From Callorhinchus milii (lineage: Eukaryota), in the NCBI RefSeq assembly GCF_018977255.1, contig NW_024704743.1, forward strand, positions 38,752,001 to 38,816,000: a stretch of 64,000 nt of DNA, given 5' to 3'. Positions within the stretch are counted from its first letter, which is position 1. Each line of letters opens with the position of its first letter. Below are positions 10,120 to 22,718 of this stretch, piece after piece. The position numbers and the translations under genes are program-made. Under the pieces are notes generated by a model. The model was not told the origin of the DNA. It did not search any database and saw only the letters and a list, made by a program, of their open reading frames with translations.

Positions 10120-12985
10120 CGGGATGCTCATCAGCACCACAAACAGACCAGAGATTGTAAGGCCTCAAAATTGATTTGCCTTTTTCCCCCACCTTCATTC
10201 AAATATTTACTTTATTTTCATATTGTAAAATGCCATTGCCTAAGCAATATAACTCTTTTATGATTGAAAATCATGGTAATGAAAATATGTTGCTTGTCTT
10301 TCTCTATAACATACTTGTAAGTTTTTAGCTGCCAAATTTCCCCACAGAAATTGCTGTCTCGAGGCATAATTGAGATCAAAATAATATTGATCAAATTTCA
10401 TATTACTCCATAAAACCATAAATTGGGTATAACAAGGAAACATTTGATATACTGTTTGCCTCTTCATTTTCCAGTTTTATATAAAAAAGGAGCATGAACC
10501 CTCAGTCATTATCAGAATCTGTGAAATAGACGCCATTACTTTTCGTTGGTTATAGAATGGAAGGATCTTGATAGAGTTTCTTTACAATGCTTTGATTTTA
10601 GGTTTAAGAATCCTATAATACTAAAAGGCAAGTTGATTGTACATTTGAACATTTGTTGCACTCAAGTGTTTCCATAATCCATCACTGCTCTCTTTAGATG
10701 TTGATATTTCTTCAGTGTGTGTGTGTGTGAATGAGAGGTGCCTAATTGGGCTCTTTTATTTCTCAGACCTATGTCTTCTCTCTTTGTTGCTCATTACAAA
10801 GTGTCTTTAAGCTGTTTTAACTCGGTTTCTAGTGCCCATCAGCCCTCAAACTGCTGTTAATGTCTCACTGATAATAAGTAACAATAACTTGCATTTATAT
10901 AGTGCCCTTCACACACATAGCATCTCAGAGTGCCGCCTCTGGTAACATCACTCAGAGAGGCCACCAAACTGGCTTGGTGAATGAAATGGAAATGTTAGTA
11001 GTGAAGTAGTGAGTGCTTTCCTGGGGGTGGAGGGTCACTAAGCATATCATTCAGAGGGCAGAGTAGAGGGAGTTTTAGTTTTGATCCAGCAGTGCTGTTC
11101 CAGACCTGGGAATGCTTGACTCTGGTACTGGTTGTTCAGAATGGGAAAATTCTTTATTTCCTGACACCTTGAAGAACACAAAAACATACTGAAAGCAAAA
11201 TCTTGTGTGTTGAAAAGTACTTGAAAATGTAGAGAATGGAATTACTTCCATGAAGGGATTGTTGCTTCTGCACTGGTGGAACATGTAGCCTGGGAGTGGA
11301 GCAGTTAGTCTGTCATTTGAGATGTGCAGGAAAGAGTTAACAATGACTCTCTCTTTAACTCTCCCTCTCTCCATGCAGGGAAGCATGGCTGGTTTCTTCT
11401 CTGCACTTCCCCTGATGGCACAGTTGAGATTGGTTCTGTAACTTGTCTGAGGAATAGTGATATTAAACCCACGTCAGGTTACACCGAGGTGCAAAATGAT
11501 TAGTGAACCATTGGACTCAGCCACCCGTGTCATATTAATACTGTGCTCAATGTCTACTGCTGTAAGCCTCAAAACACCGGTGGGATTATTTATATGCTCC
11601 CTGTTTGGTTGCATTCTTGTGTTTCATTTCAGCTTAGTGGAATAGAATTGTGTTACACCAGGATTTAGCAGAACGCAGAAGGCTTCTTCACACTCATGCC
11701 TTTATAGTCAATCAAGGGTGTTTTAACATTACAACTTTATACGTCATTTTAAGGAGTTTAAAGAGGAGTCTGGAAAGAAAACATCTGGCCAAATACTGTC
11801 TACTGTTAAAAAGATGTGTGGCACTTACGGTCCTTTACCTAATGTGGCTTTATAAAAAGGATCATTACTGACAATTAACTTGCAGATAAAGACAGCAAGC
11901 AGCAGATTATCTCCAGGCAATGTGTCACTTTTTTTACTGTGTGTGTCTGTGTGTGTTTATGTATGCATTTTGAAAGCCTATTTCAGGCAGCAATTATAAG
12001 AGACATTCTCTTTTTCATGGGGAGGCAAAGCAGCTATGGATCACTTTGTAAGCAAATAAAGTTTGTCACACTTTTCAGTAAAGACAATACCCCTTTAAAG
12101 GACCAAACCTTCTTCAGAAGAAAAAAGAGCATAAATGATAGGTGGGGAAATGTTATATTTCATAACAGATTCAATGTGATAATTCACGTTGAATTTTATG
12201 ACATGTTGCATTTTTCACGTGTTAAAAAGAGCAGTTTGGGAAATGGAAACCGTTGTAAAATTTGTGCCCATGAATGTTACAAGTACAATTTCTTAATCAT
12301 TCTGTACTTTCAACAAATTCTTTTTAAAAAATGCTTCGAGGCCACTGTACAGGAAAACCAGGTCCTCCATGCCTAATATTGGAGTTTGTGTTTGTGATGG
12401 AGATTAAAATGATTGCATGAGGACAAACTTATTTTTAAGCTCAATGAGTCCTGTGTGAAGAGACAATGCAATGACTTTGTATTGAGTGCTATCTTCTTGT
12501 TTAAAACTTCTGGGTGCTGCTTTTATAGTTGATTCAGACAATCATTGATGAACAAATTTGTTTCTCGGTATTAATCTTTGTATTCATTACTCATTGGGGT
12601 TGATCAATACCTGTATTCCTAATATTCAGTTACGGGCAATATCAACTGAAAAAGAAGATTCTAGAACAGCCTTTAAAGTAATTAATGGTCAGGTTTGTGT
12701 AACATGTTCTTACCTTCTTAATGTAACACTTTAAAACAAGAACGTTCAAACTAGGTTCTACCATCTTCTGTTATTTGGCATCTGGGACATTCGGTTGTCT
12801 CCACCCAGGATCCAGGCCAGTATTGTTACTTTAGTGCTGAGATTTCCGTTCAGGATTGAGAGAAAGATGTATGAGTTCCTGAGCCTGGGTGACCACGTTG
12901 ATTCAGATATTAGAGTCTACAATGCAGATGATGAATATTTTGAAAGGGTTCTAGTCATCAATAAAAAGTGCAATTCTGTAAGAGT
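10120..12985 (+). other. FBXL7: Probable FBXL7 3' UTR (~2.8 kb)
   Basis: AT-rich and almost free of recognisable repeats (only a small L2 tail near 10875-10935). Ends at an AATAAA followed by GT/T-rich sequence. The endpoint is inferred. Confidence 0.5.
12960..12965 (+). terminator. Candidate FBXL7 polyadenylation signal
   Basis: AATAAA followed about 30 nt later by ttgactctgttttacctgtgtt (U/GU-rich). An alternative AATAAA lies at 12055-12060. Confidence 0.5.
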
Positions 12986-14384
12986 TTTAGCATTTGACTC
13001 TGTTTTACCTGTGTTACTGTGTGCAATTGCATTGTTGAAATGACAATCAAACAATTCCACTTGGTCAATGTTACCTTTTCTATATTGAATTTGCTCAAGG
13101 GAGGAGAGCGTGTTGGCTTGGCATGTTTACTGCATTTACAAAGACGCTGTGTTGCTGCTCATCAAAAGTAACTTCTTTTGAGAGGGAAGACAGATGCCCA
13201 TAATTTTCATTACACATAGAATTCCATAGAGTGATACAGCACAAAAACAGACCACTCAGCCCAATTCGTCTTTGCCAGTGTTTATACTCCACACCTGCCT
13301 CCATCCCTCCTAATCCTTCTCCCATACTCCTCTATCATCGTCTCTCGTGTATGCAAGCAACAGAATGATGCATTTCAATGCTAACTACAACATCAGAGGA
13401 AAGAAGAGAGATGTTTCCCAAGTAACTGTTTCTCATGAGGAGGTGCCCCCCAGCGATTTGGGGAAAAGGTAAAGGCTTCTTCAACGTGTTATTAAGTCTG
13501 TTTCTTTATAAAATACGTGAAGCATCAGTAGTCTGTAACAATGTTGGTTCAGTTTGACTGGACTCTTTTGCTTCCCATCTGTGTGGCAACTGGGAAGTAA
13601 CAGAATAAACATATGCTGTGTGCAAAATAAGTCAAGGTTCCTGTGAAATACTTTTTAAGCTAAAGCTTGATAACATATATGATCCTTCGACATCATCCAG
13701 GATACTTCCAGGCTCCTTAACATAAAATCTGCAGTAGCCTTTATCCTCCCTCCCCTTCCCCAGGTCACACAGACATGATTTTATCTTTGATAAACTCTCT
13801 ATAATATGTAGTACTAATATTAACTGATAATTCTAAAATCTGGTTTATATTGCTAGAGCAATTTGGCATCGCTTTCAGTAATAGAGCAATTTGGAACAAG
13901 AAACTGGATTTATATTTCCTACTCTAACATCGCTCCCATGAGGGGGAAGACGAGATCTGGTCATGTGTTCAGTTGCACACACATAGAACTCAACTCACCA
14001 GTGGTGAGCACCAGCCAACTATTTTTCCATGTTATTGAAGAGACAGTCAGAGAACCATGGATTTTTACATTTAATTCTAAGCCTAACTTATCAATCACAT
14101 TGATTCCATAAAGAAATCACCATCGGGAGCTGGTTTCAGGAAATGATTGGAATGGAATCATGGAATGGAATGGGACGTCCTCCTGATGTGAAAGGCGCTG
14201 TACAAATGTAATCTTGTTGTTCTTGTTGAATCGATGCATTTTCAACCTGATTTATAATACATATCCAGTTTAATGCAACTCAAAGTCAGCATAAAACATT
14301 AACTCTGCAGTATGAAGGGGCATGGATGAGTCCAATCCGTCCTTAAGGTTTAGTAAATTGTAATTTTACTGGACATTTGTAAAC

Positions 14385-14882
14385 TGCTTGCCCCAATTCT
14401 TCCCTCCACAAGCTGTAAATCATCCAGAACTCTGCAGCTCGTGTCCCATCAACCCCACCCTCACCCGGCTCCACTGGCTCCCCATCCCTCAGAGGATAGA
14501 ATTCAAATCCTCATACTCACTTTCAAGGACCTCCATGCCTTGCCACCTCCTACATCTCTGACCTGCTGACCCCCTATCAACCTGTCCTCTCCCTCCAGTC
14601 AGCCTACTCCATGTCTCCACTCGACCCGCCCCATCATCGGTGGCCGGGCTTTCAGCCTCTCTGCCCCCACCCTTTGGAATTCCATCCTACAATCCCTTTG
14701 CCTTGCTCCCTCCCTTGCCTCCTTCAAGGGACCATGCCTTCAGCTGCCCTCCTACTTCTCTGCCCTCCCTCACCCCAACCCTGCCCCCCCATGCCTCGGT
14801 CCTGATCCCGGACTGTTCAGCGTCTTGGGAAGTCCTCCTGACGTGAAAGGCGCTTTACAAATGTAATTTTTGTTGTTGTTGT
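14385..14882 (+). mobile_element. L2 LINE 3' fragment
   Basis: Encodes [20 protein letters not shown], followed by the stem-loop cagcgtcttgggaagtcctcctgacgtgaaaggcgct and a (ttg)n tail. Confidence 0.9.
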
Positions 14883-16247
14883 GCTACTTTCTGGGAAACT
14901 TAACGCTGTCACTGTTATATGATTGACTTAGAAAGTACCTGGTCTTGTATCTTGTCACATGTGATTTATACTTTACTAAAACAACATGTTTTAGGTGTGC
15001 TATTCTCATATTATGATGCGTGAGCATGATGTGGAAACCATCCCTTGCTTGTTTGATTACATTACAATTCACGCATTTGTCAGCTTTTCCTAATAAAGGT
15101 GCTATCATTAAGTACATCACAATATGTTACACTACACACGATATGTATGGAGTTTAATAATTAAGTACATTCCTTCTTTCCGTTTAACAGCCAGTGGTCA
15201 ATAATACCAAATTACGGAGTAAAACATTCATACCTACTGCTGAAAATGGAGGTATTTGAGGTATAAACTACTCCATGAATTCAATACTTAATTAATTAGG
15301 GATTTTTTAGGTGGTGGGCAGTCGCATCGGAAAGGAGAGTAAAAGAAACTTAGAGAATCATTGAGGAAAATCTAATGACTTCTGCAGTTGAAATAAAATA
15401 GAGTAAGAATGACGCCTATTTTTACATTTATCTTCTAATTCATTGTATGAATACACAACAAGAAATAGTGCAATGCCCACCTTATTGTGTTTGTGAAGAA
15501 GATTCATCTGTGATTTAATAAGTGCTCTTCATTCACAGAACTTACTGGCGATTCCCTACTCTGTACCCTCCATCTTATCTCCATCCTGCATTATTATGTT
15601 GGTTATAAATATCACATCAATGGGACACCATAGTACAGCTTCTGCTCTCACAGCTACATGCAACCAAATTGTCTAATATGAAACAACAGCTTCAATTACT
15701 TTGGATTATTTAATGTCTGCCCCCTTGGCCATGCCTTCAGTCATCTTTCCTCTCCCCACCCCGTCGCCTCTCACCCCCAGCTCAGGTTCCAAACCAGAAC
15801 TGCCAAGTGCCTTGGGATGGCCTCCCGATGTGAAAGGCACTATATATAAATATAAATGTGTATTGAGACACAGATCTTAAATGGATTTGGAGACATGGGC
15901 ATCTCTTACAAAAGGACTCTCCTTCCAAAGACTGAAATACTTCAGAAGGATCTTAGAAACAATTTCCATTTGTAGGGTTAAAAGGGTTTAATGCAACTGT
16001 TGGTAAATTAATGAAGACATTGAGAATTTGGAATCATTTCATAAAAACAAATAAGAGCTTCCAAATGACCAATGGTAATTTAAATAATTGATGCATTTAG
16101 GAACAAATCATTTGTTATTTTAAAATAAATTTTTTAATGTTTTTCAATGAACAAGTTTCACATATTGTTTACAGTCTTTGCGCTTTACACTAAATCCTTT
16201 CAGGTGTTCCATCAATGTGATAAAGAGCTATATCAAATGCAATGTTT

Positions 16248-16611
16248 ATAATAATAATAATCCTTACATTTGATATAGCGCCTGATCACATTTTTGAGAT
16301 ATCTCAAAGCGCTTCATAGAATATACTGACAGTGAATTGACAGTATATTTTGTGTGCGAAATGTGGCAGCCAATTACACACAGCAGTGTCCCACAAACAG
16401 TTGTGGATTGAAATGACCAAGTATTATTTTTTTTAAGGAATTATTAACCCAGGAAAATCAATCCGTCAATCGACTAATATCTGGGTTCCTACATATCGCT
16501 AGGTAAACAGAGGGGTGTGGAGTAAGGAAACTTGCCCAACATTTCGCCCTGCCAGGAATTGAACCTCACTTGCGAGGTGAGTGCTCTAACCACTGAGCTA
16601 CAGAGCTCCAC
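16248..16611 (-). mobile_element. tRNA-derived SINE, long (intermediate-age) subfamily
   Basis: Head tggagctctgtagctcagtggttagagcactc, ~70 nt internal segment (ctctgtttacctagcga...gtaggaacccag...tagtcgattgacggattga), DeuSINE-type tail and (att)n. Confidence 0.85.
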
Positions 16612-16803
16612 TATCAGTATTGTTGCATCACCAACTATAACTGAACCAAATGATGTAAATGTCTCATTAACAATAATAAATTGCACTTATTTAGAGCCTT
16701 TTACATAAGGTAAACATCTGGAAGCACTTAAAGAACATTAATCTGGTTGCATAAAGGATTAACCTTGCACTTAAAGGAAAATTACACTCAAAGGAAAACA
16801 GTG

Positions 16804-17206
16804 TGTCAGCCTAGCTCAATGATAGCATCCTCGCCTCTGAGTCAGGAGGTTGTGGGTTCAAGCCCCACGTCGGGACTTGGAATCACATGGTCGAAGATGA
16901 CACTCCAGTGGGGGGTGTTGCATTCCAGAGGTGCCGTCCTTCCGATGAGATGTTAAACCGAGTTCCTATCTGCCTATTCAGGTGAACATATAGCACTATT
17001 CAAAAAGAGAAGGGAATTTCTCCAGTTGTCCTGGTCAACAAATCTCCCAAATAAAATTGAACACTGCTGTGTACAAACTGGCTGCCACGTTCTCCCCACA
17101 AAATCCACAGTCAATCCACTTTACAGTATACCCTGTGAAGCGCTTTGAGACGTCTCGATGATGTGATAAGATACTATTTCAAAAGCAAGGATTATTTATT
17201 ATTATT
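16804..17206 (+). mobile_element. Full-length DeuSINE-like SINE (SacSINE1/AmnSINE-related)
   Basis: tRNA-like head with A/B-box-like motifs (tagctcaatga...gggttcaagccc), Deu-like core gatgagatgttaaaccgag...tctgcctattcaggtg, tail gaagcgctttgagacgtc...gcaaggattatt. Confidence 0.8.
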
Positions 17207-17208
17207 AA

Positions 17209-17528
17209 ATAATAATAATAATAATCCTTGCATTTGATATAGCGCTTTTCACGTCGGGAGGACGTCCCAAAGCGCTTCACAGAACACACTGTAAAGTGAA
17301 TTGACTGTATATTTGTGGGCGAACGCGGCAGCCAATTGCGCACAGCAATGTCCCACAAACAGTCGTAGATTGAAAATGACCAATTTATTATTGTTTGGGT
17401 TTTGGAGGGATTATTATTAGGCGTGTGGAGTAAGGAAACTTGCCCAAGGTTTCGCCCTCTGCCTGGAATTGAACTCAGGTCTCCCGCTTGCAAAGCGAGT
17501 GCTCTAACCACTGAGCTACAGGACTCCA
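17209..17528 (-). mobile_element. Young tRNA(Ala)-derived SINE, short subfamily
   Basis: Head tggagtcctgtagctcagtggttagagcactcgctttgcaagcg...gagttcaattccaggc. Near-identical to copies at 24633, 32402, 54645 and 56228. (att)n tail. Confidence 0.92.
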
Positions 17529-17716
17529 CATGCATTATTTTTACTGGAATGCACTGTGTTATTCCCCATTACATCCCACTTCTTAGAATTAAATACTTGC
17601 CCTTGTGCAAATAATAAATTAAATATTTGCCCTTGTGCAAATATTATTGTATAATTGAGAATATTATAGTATATCATTCAGTAAAAATATCACCACAATT
17701 TAAAAAATCACCTCAA

Positions 17717-18113
17717 ATAATGATAATATAATAATCCTTGCAATTGATATAGTGCTTTATCACGTCTTTGAGACATCTCAAAGTACTTCACAGAATATAT
17801 TGTTAAGTGAATGACTATATTTTGTGGGAAAAACACGGCAGCCAATTGCGCATACAATGTCCCACAAACAGTTGTGGATTGAGTGATCAAATTATTATCA
17901 TCTTTTACTTACATTTTTTTTAAGGGCTTATTACTCCGGGAAAAAGCGATCAAACAATTGACTTAACAACCGGCTTCCTACTTACGACGAGCTAAGCAGA
18001 GGCATGCTGAGTAAGGAAACTAAGGAAGCTAAGGTTTCGCCCTGCCTGGGAATCAAACACATGTCCTCTCGCTTCCAAGGAGAGTGCTCAAACCAATGCG
18101 CTACAAGACCCCA
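17717..18113 (-). mobile_element. tRNA-derived SINE, long subfamily
   Basis: Same head, internal segment and tail as 16248-16611, more diverged. Confidence 0.8.
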
Positions 18114-18337
18114 GAATGTTTAGAAACGTTCAGCGCCTTGGGACGTCCTCCTGATGTGAAAGGCGCTTTATAAATGGAATCTTGTTGTTGTTGTTGTTGT
18201 TGTTTAATGTGTCATCTCGGATATAGAAGCAGAGCTCTGTCTTTCAAACCAGCAAATGAATCCAGACAAAGAAATCAAAACTAGATAATAAACTATTAAT
18301 AAACACATTAAGAAGGAAAAATACAACAGTCATTATC

Positions 18338-18556
18338 ATAATAATAATCCCTCCAAAACCAAAAACAATAATAAATTGGTCATTTTCAATCTACGACTGT
18401 TTGTGGGACATTGCTGTGCGCAATTGGCTGCCGCGTTCGCCCACAAATATACAGTCAATTCATTTTACAGTGTGTTCTGTGAAGCGCTTTGGGACATCCT
18501 CCCGACGTGAAAAGCGCTATATCAAATGCAAGGATTATTATTATTATTATAATTAT
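18338..18556 (+). mobile_element. Young SINE, 5'-truncated
   Basis: Begins at taataatccctccaaaacc and is near-identical to the 3' two-thirds of the young SINE. Confidence 0.9.
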
Positions 18557-19954
18557 CTTCACTGCTATACTTACCATCACTGATAATTATGGCATCACAA
18601 ATGTTGCACTTTTCACCCATTGATTGGCTTCCTTTTTCTCTAATAATAATAATAAACTTTGCATTTGATGTTGCGCCTTATCATGTTGTTGAGACGTATC
18701 AAAGAGTTTGTAGAATGTATTGTAAACTAAGACAAATTTTGGAAACTAAGAAGCCCAAAAGAGGCTAAAAGAGTGACAAGCATTGCATAAGCATTTGGTA
18801 TTTCCAATGTCCCCACCACCTGATTGACTGAATGGGCTACGGTGAGTTTTAGCGATATTCCAATTAACATTGGCTAAGTCACTACGCAGCCTCCCAAGGC
18901 AAGGGAACCCATGGTTTTCATTGTTAGAATTATTTGACATTCATAAAAACTTAATATAAAAAAGCTAGATTTTCCAGCTCTTTGTGATACGAATCTATAC
19001 AACAGGCTTTGCCGTGTTGCCAAAAGACTTTTTGTAACAGATTGCCTGACTGGCAACTTCATGACATGTAGTTGGACTTCTGTTCATGAAAACACACTTA
19101 GTGCACTAAATATGTCTGAAGGTGTTGTAAGTGATCTGTTCTCTATTGAATACAGGTGTTGATTAACCCCTAATTTTAAAACCTCTAAGAGTGTCATTCA
19201 ACATTTACATAGGAGATCATTTACTTTTGGGAAAGTTATTTGCATTTTAAGTAGGTTTATTACCGGTGAAACACTATCTGTATTACTTTTATGGAGATTC
19301 TGCAATCACAATGGAAAAGAAACTGAAGTAATCAGATTAGGTATTTTTTCAGTATATGAAACTGCTTATTAGTAGTTAGGTTATTTTAAAACGAAAATGA
19401 AGTATTTTTATATTTATGCCTAAACAGCTGCCTAGGGATTAGTATGTTTGGTATTGACTATCTCTGTATGTTTTACTTGTGAAAGTAAATTTGTTAAAAC
19501 AAAACATTTCGTACAATCACAGAATGCTTTATATAAAAACAAACCAGAGTGCTGGCCTTAGCCTTGGGATGTCCTCCCGACGTGAAAGGCGCTCTATAAA
19601 TGCAATCTTGTTGTTGTTGGCATGCTTGAGTGATCATTCAGAAAAATAACTGCATTCAGAGGTTTTATGCTGGTTAAGGGAAGGATCATCAGTAACCTGT
19701 AATTCCCATGTCAACTGACACTTCTCATCAGCTCTTGGCTGTGGGTGTCCTGGGTGCACAGTGGAGCATATACTGAATTGATTACAGGATGACGTCAGCC
19801 ACAAACATAGAGAAGGCATGAAGAGGAGCATGAACAAATCTTTAATTATATCTCAATTCTGACTTAAGTCTATTTTCCATACATGTATTTCATGGTCTTA
19901 ACATTAGGACCTTCTTTAAAACATACATTGTGTCACGGCATAAAGTGTAAAATG

Positions 19955-20266
19955 TGGAGTCCTGTAGCTCAGTGGTTAGAGCACACGCCTTGCAAGCAAG
20001 AGACCTGGGTTTGATTTCCGGCAGGGCGAAACCTTGGGGAAGTTTCCTTACTCCACACGCCTGATAATAATCCCTCAAGAAAAAAAAACAGTAATAAAAT
20101 TGGTCATTACAATCCATGATTGTGGGACACTGCTGGGCGCAATTGGCTGCCACGTTTCGCCCACAAATATACAGTCAATTCACTTTACAGTATATTCTGT
20201 GAAGCGCTTTGAGATGTCTGGAAGACATGAAAAACGCTCTACCAAATACAAGGATTATTATTATTA
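19955..20266 (+). mobile_element. tRNA(Ala)-derived SINE, short subfamily
   Basis: tggagtcctgtagctcagtggttagagcac head through to caaggattattattatt tail. Confidence 0.9.
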
Positions 20267-22419
20267 AATTGTTTGAAATTGAGATTAAAAGATGATGTTG
20301 CTTTACACCGGTGTTTACATTTACTTCCCGTGTAATCCACTATTGAAATCTGGCCTACTTTTCCTCACTGGCAAACATAGCCAGAAATTGAATTGTTATT
20401 TCCACTTGTGTATTCTGTGTATTCAATCATTTTTCAGGACATATTTGAGGACATCAGGTTATTATGTTACAACAGAGTTGAACAGGAAGGAAAGCATTCC
20501 TGGCATGTAGATTGCCAGGAAGACTCAAGTTCATGTAGTCAATGGAGTGTGTTGAACATCTGATCATGTTTTGGATTAATATGAAGGACATTGGTTTGTT
20601 GTACCTTTGGACCAGGATAAAGGCTAGTTGAATGAAGGTACAGAGAGGATATGAATCTGGAGCAAACGAACCATGGAATAGATGGGACAAGCGCCCTGAG
20701 AGCATTGAGGCTCCTGACACATGATGTGCATATTTCTTCAAATTTTCAGTTGGAAAGCTATTACAATTTATTTGACTGATGCGCTGAGCATTACAGGCAA
20801 ATTAATATGATTTGGATTTAAAATCAAGAAGAACTAAATTCGTCGATGGACAAAGAGCCTAGGAAGATAAGACTGAGGAATTTAAATGCAGAGGTTGGTG
20901 ACATATGAGAAAAGCCTAAACTCAAAAGATTGATTCAAAATAGTATGAGTTGGGATATCAGGTTGGATGAGACTGGTATTTCAGATAGGAGGCAGGGAGA
21001 GAAGCAAAGCTGTGAGACCAGTAGGAGGAGATCCTGACAGAGAAGCAATAACTTTAACACGGTGTGCTCCAAATCACTCATTCACACGTTGAAATAGTCC
21101 TGATGGGAAAATAAAGCACTGGAAGTAGTCATTCTTTACCTGCACAGGTTGTGTGATTTTCAGCCAACAACTGCTCACCTGTCATTCACAACCTATAAAT
21201 CAGTCTTTTATGGAATCAATGGAATCCAGCAGTGGCTCATGAGTAACAAACTTCCAAAAGTAAAGTTTCTACTGGATCTACCCCATCTGTGGTATAATAC
21301 TTCCATTGATTCATTACCTCCCCAAATATGTTGCATGTTCAGGAATGATTTCCATTCCTTGCCATGTCTGTTCTGCATTTCCAGTTAAAGCTAATCCCTC
21401 CAAGGTCTTACTTGATCAATGCCAACCCAAACTTTCTCTGCCTTCCTCCAGTATTCCTGAACTCATTTGTCTTCAGTCATTCTACGCCAGTGCTTAAAAC
21501 ATATTCCAAAGGCATTTGTTTTTCAAAAGGTGGAACATTCTGAATCAAATTCTCATTTCAGATGCTGTGCACTTTGGAGCAGTAATATTTAATTTACTTT
21601 TCTAAATGTTTTTTTCTCATTTTTGTCCCTACTCTCAAAACGTTATTGGTCTGCCACATTCTTGTTATGTTCCTTGTATACACTGGTCCACAGCTATCTC
21701 TACAGACATCAGTAGGATTCCTTAGACAACTTGCTGGAAAGCATACTGCAGTAATGTCAGAAAAGATCCCTCCATCTGTGAGTAGATTTCCTTCAGCACC
21801 CAGAGAATTCAGGTGAAACAGACAATCTGCCCCCTAAAAACATATTAGACTGATCAATTCAATCTGGGATTCAGTCTTCCTTGAGTATCCAACATCTGTA
21901 CCTCCTGGGAATGCAAACCATCAATTACTTTTAGAATTAAAAATCTGGGTTAGAGTATAGATTGATAAATAGCCTATGACATATGGAATCAGAAAATACT
22001 ATTTGGGCATCTCAATGGGTCAGCTATAAATTTCCACTTGAATTCTCCCTCATTTATGCAATCTCTTGAGGGAGGTGAACAACCACAGAGAAAACCATCA
22101 AGAAAAGAAAGCTAAAAATTCTCCCTGGTCTCCAGAGATAAGCAAGCAAGGCTCCAGGATATCAGTCTTCCATGACACTTTATATTATTGAACCCTGACT
22201 AGTTACATTCTACAGTTGGCACTCCAAGACCAAAAATAGATTTTTTTCCAAAGAGAATTTGATCATTTCCAAATAGCCTTATCCTTAGCCAGATTCTTAA
22301 CCAGATATTCCTTGAGATTTTTTTTAAAACTCAATGTTGTATTGATGACGAGCCCATTGCACATTTATACCATAAATGAACAAGGATCACACATAATATC
22401 CCTATTCATCATATATGAA

Positions 22420-22718
22420 ACTGTCTGCTCCCTCCGCACAGCAGGCTCCGGCCTGCCCTGCCTCTCTGCCTCCATTCCACCCGTTGGAACTGCATCCCTC
22501 ATTTTCTTTGCCTCGCTCCCTCCCTTGCCTCCTTCAAGATAGGTCTCAAGATCCTCTTCTTCAACCGCACCTTCGGCCACCCTCCTACCCTCTCTTCCCT
22601 CCTCCCTCCCTGATCCTAACCCTCCCCCACCCCCGCTCAGCTCCGAATCCCTGACTGTCCAGCAACTAGGGATCTCCCCCTGATGTGAAAGTCGCTACAC
22701 AAATGCAATTTTGTGTTA
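22420..22718 (+). mobile_element. L2 3' fragment
   Basis: gcctccttcaagataggtctcaagatcct...ctgactgtccagcaactagggatctcccctgatgtgaaagtcgct stem-loop remnant. Confidence 0.8.

Noticed and set aside
17179..17535. Repeated peptide ...WDIAVRNWLPRSPTNIQSIHFTV...KDYYYY in several ORFs
   Set aside because: Translation of near-identical SINE copies; not a gene family or a CRISPR-like array.
19955..20030. tRNA-Ala genes
   Set aside because: The tRNA-like sequences are heads of ~320-nt SINEs with a shared body and (att)n tail, not stand-alone tRNA genes.
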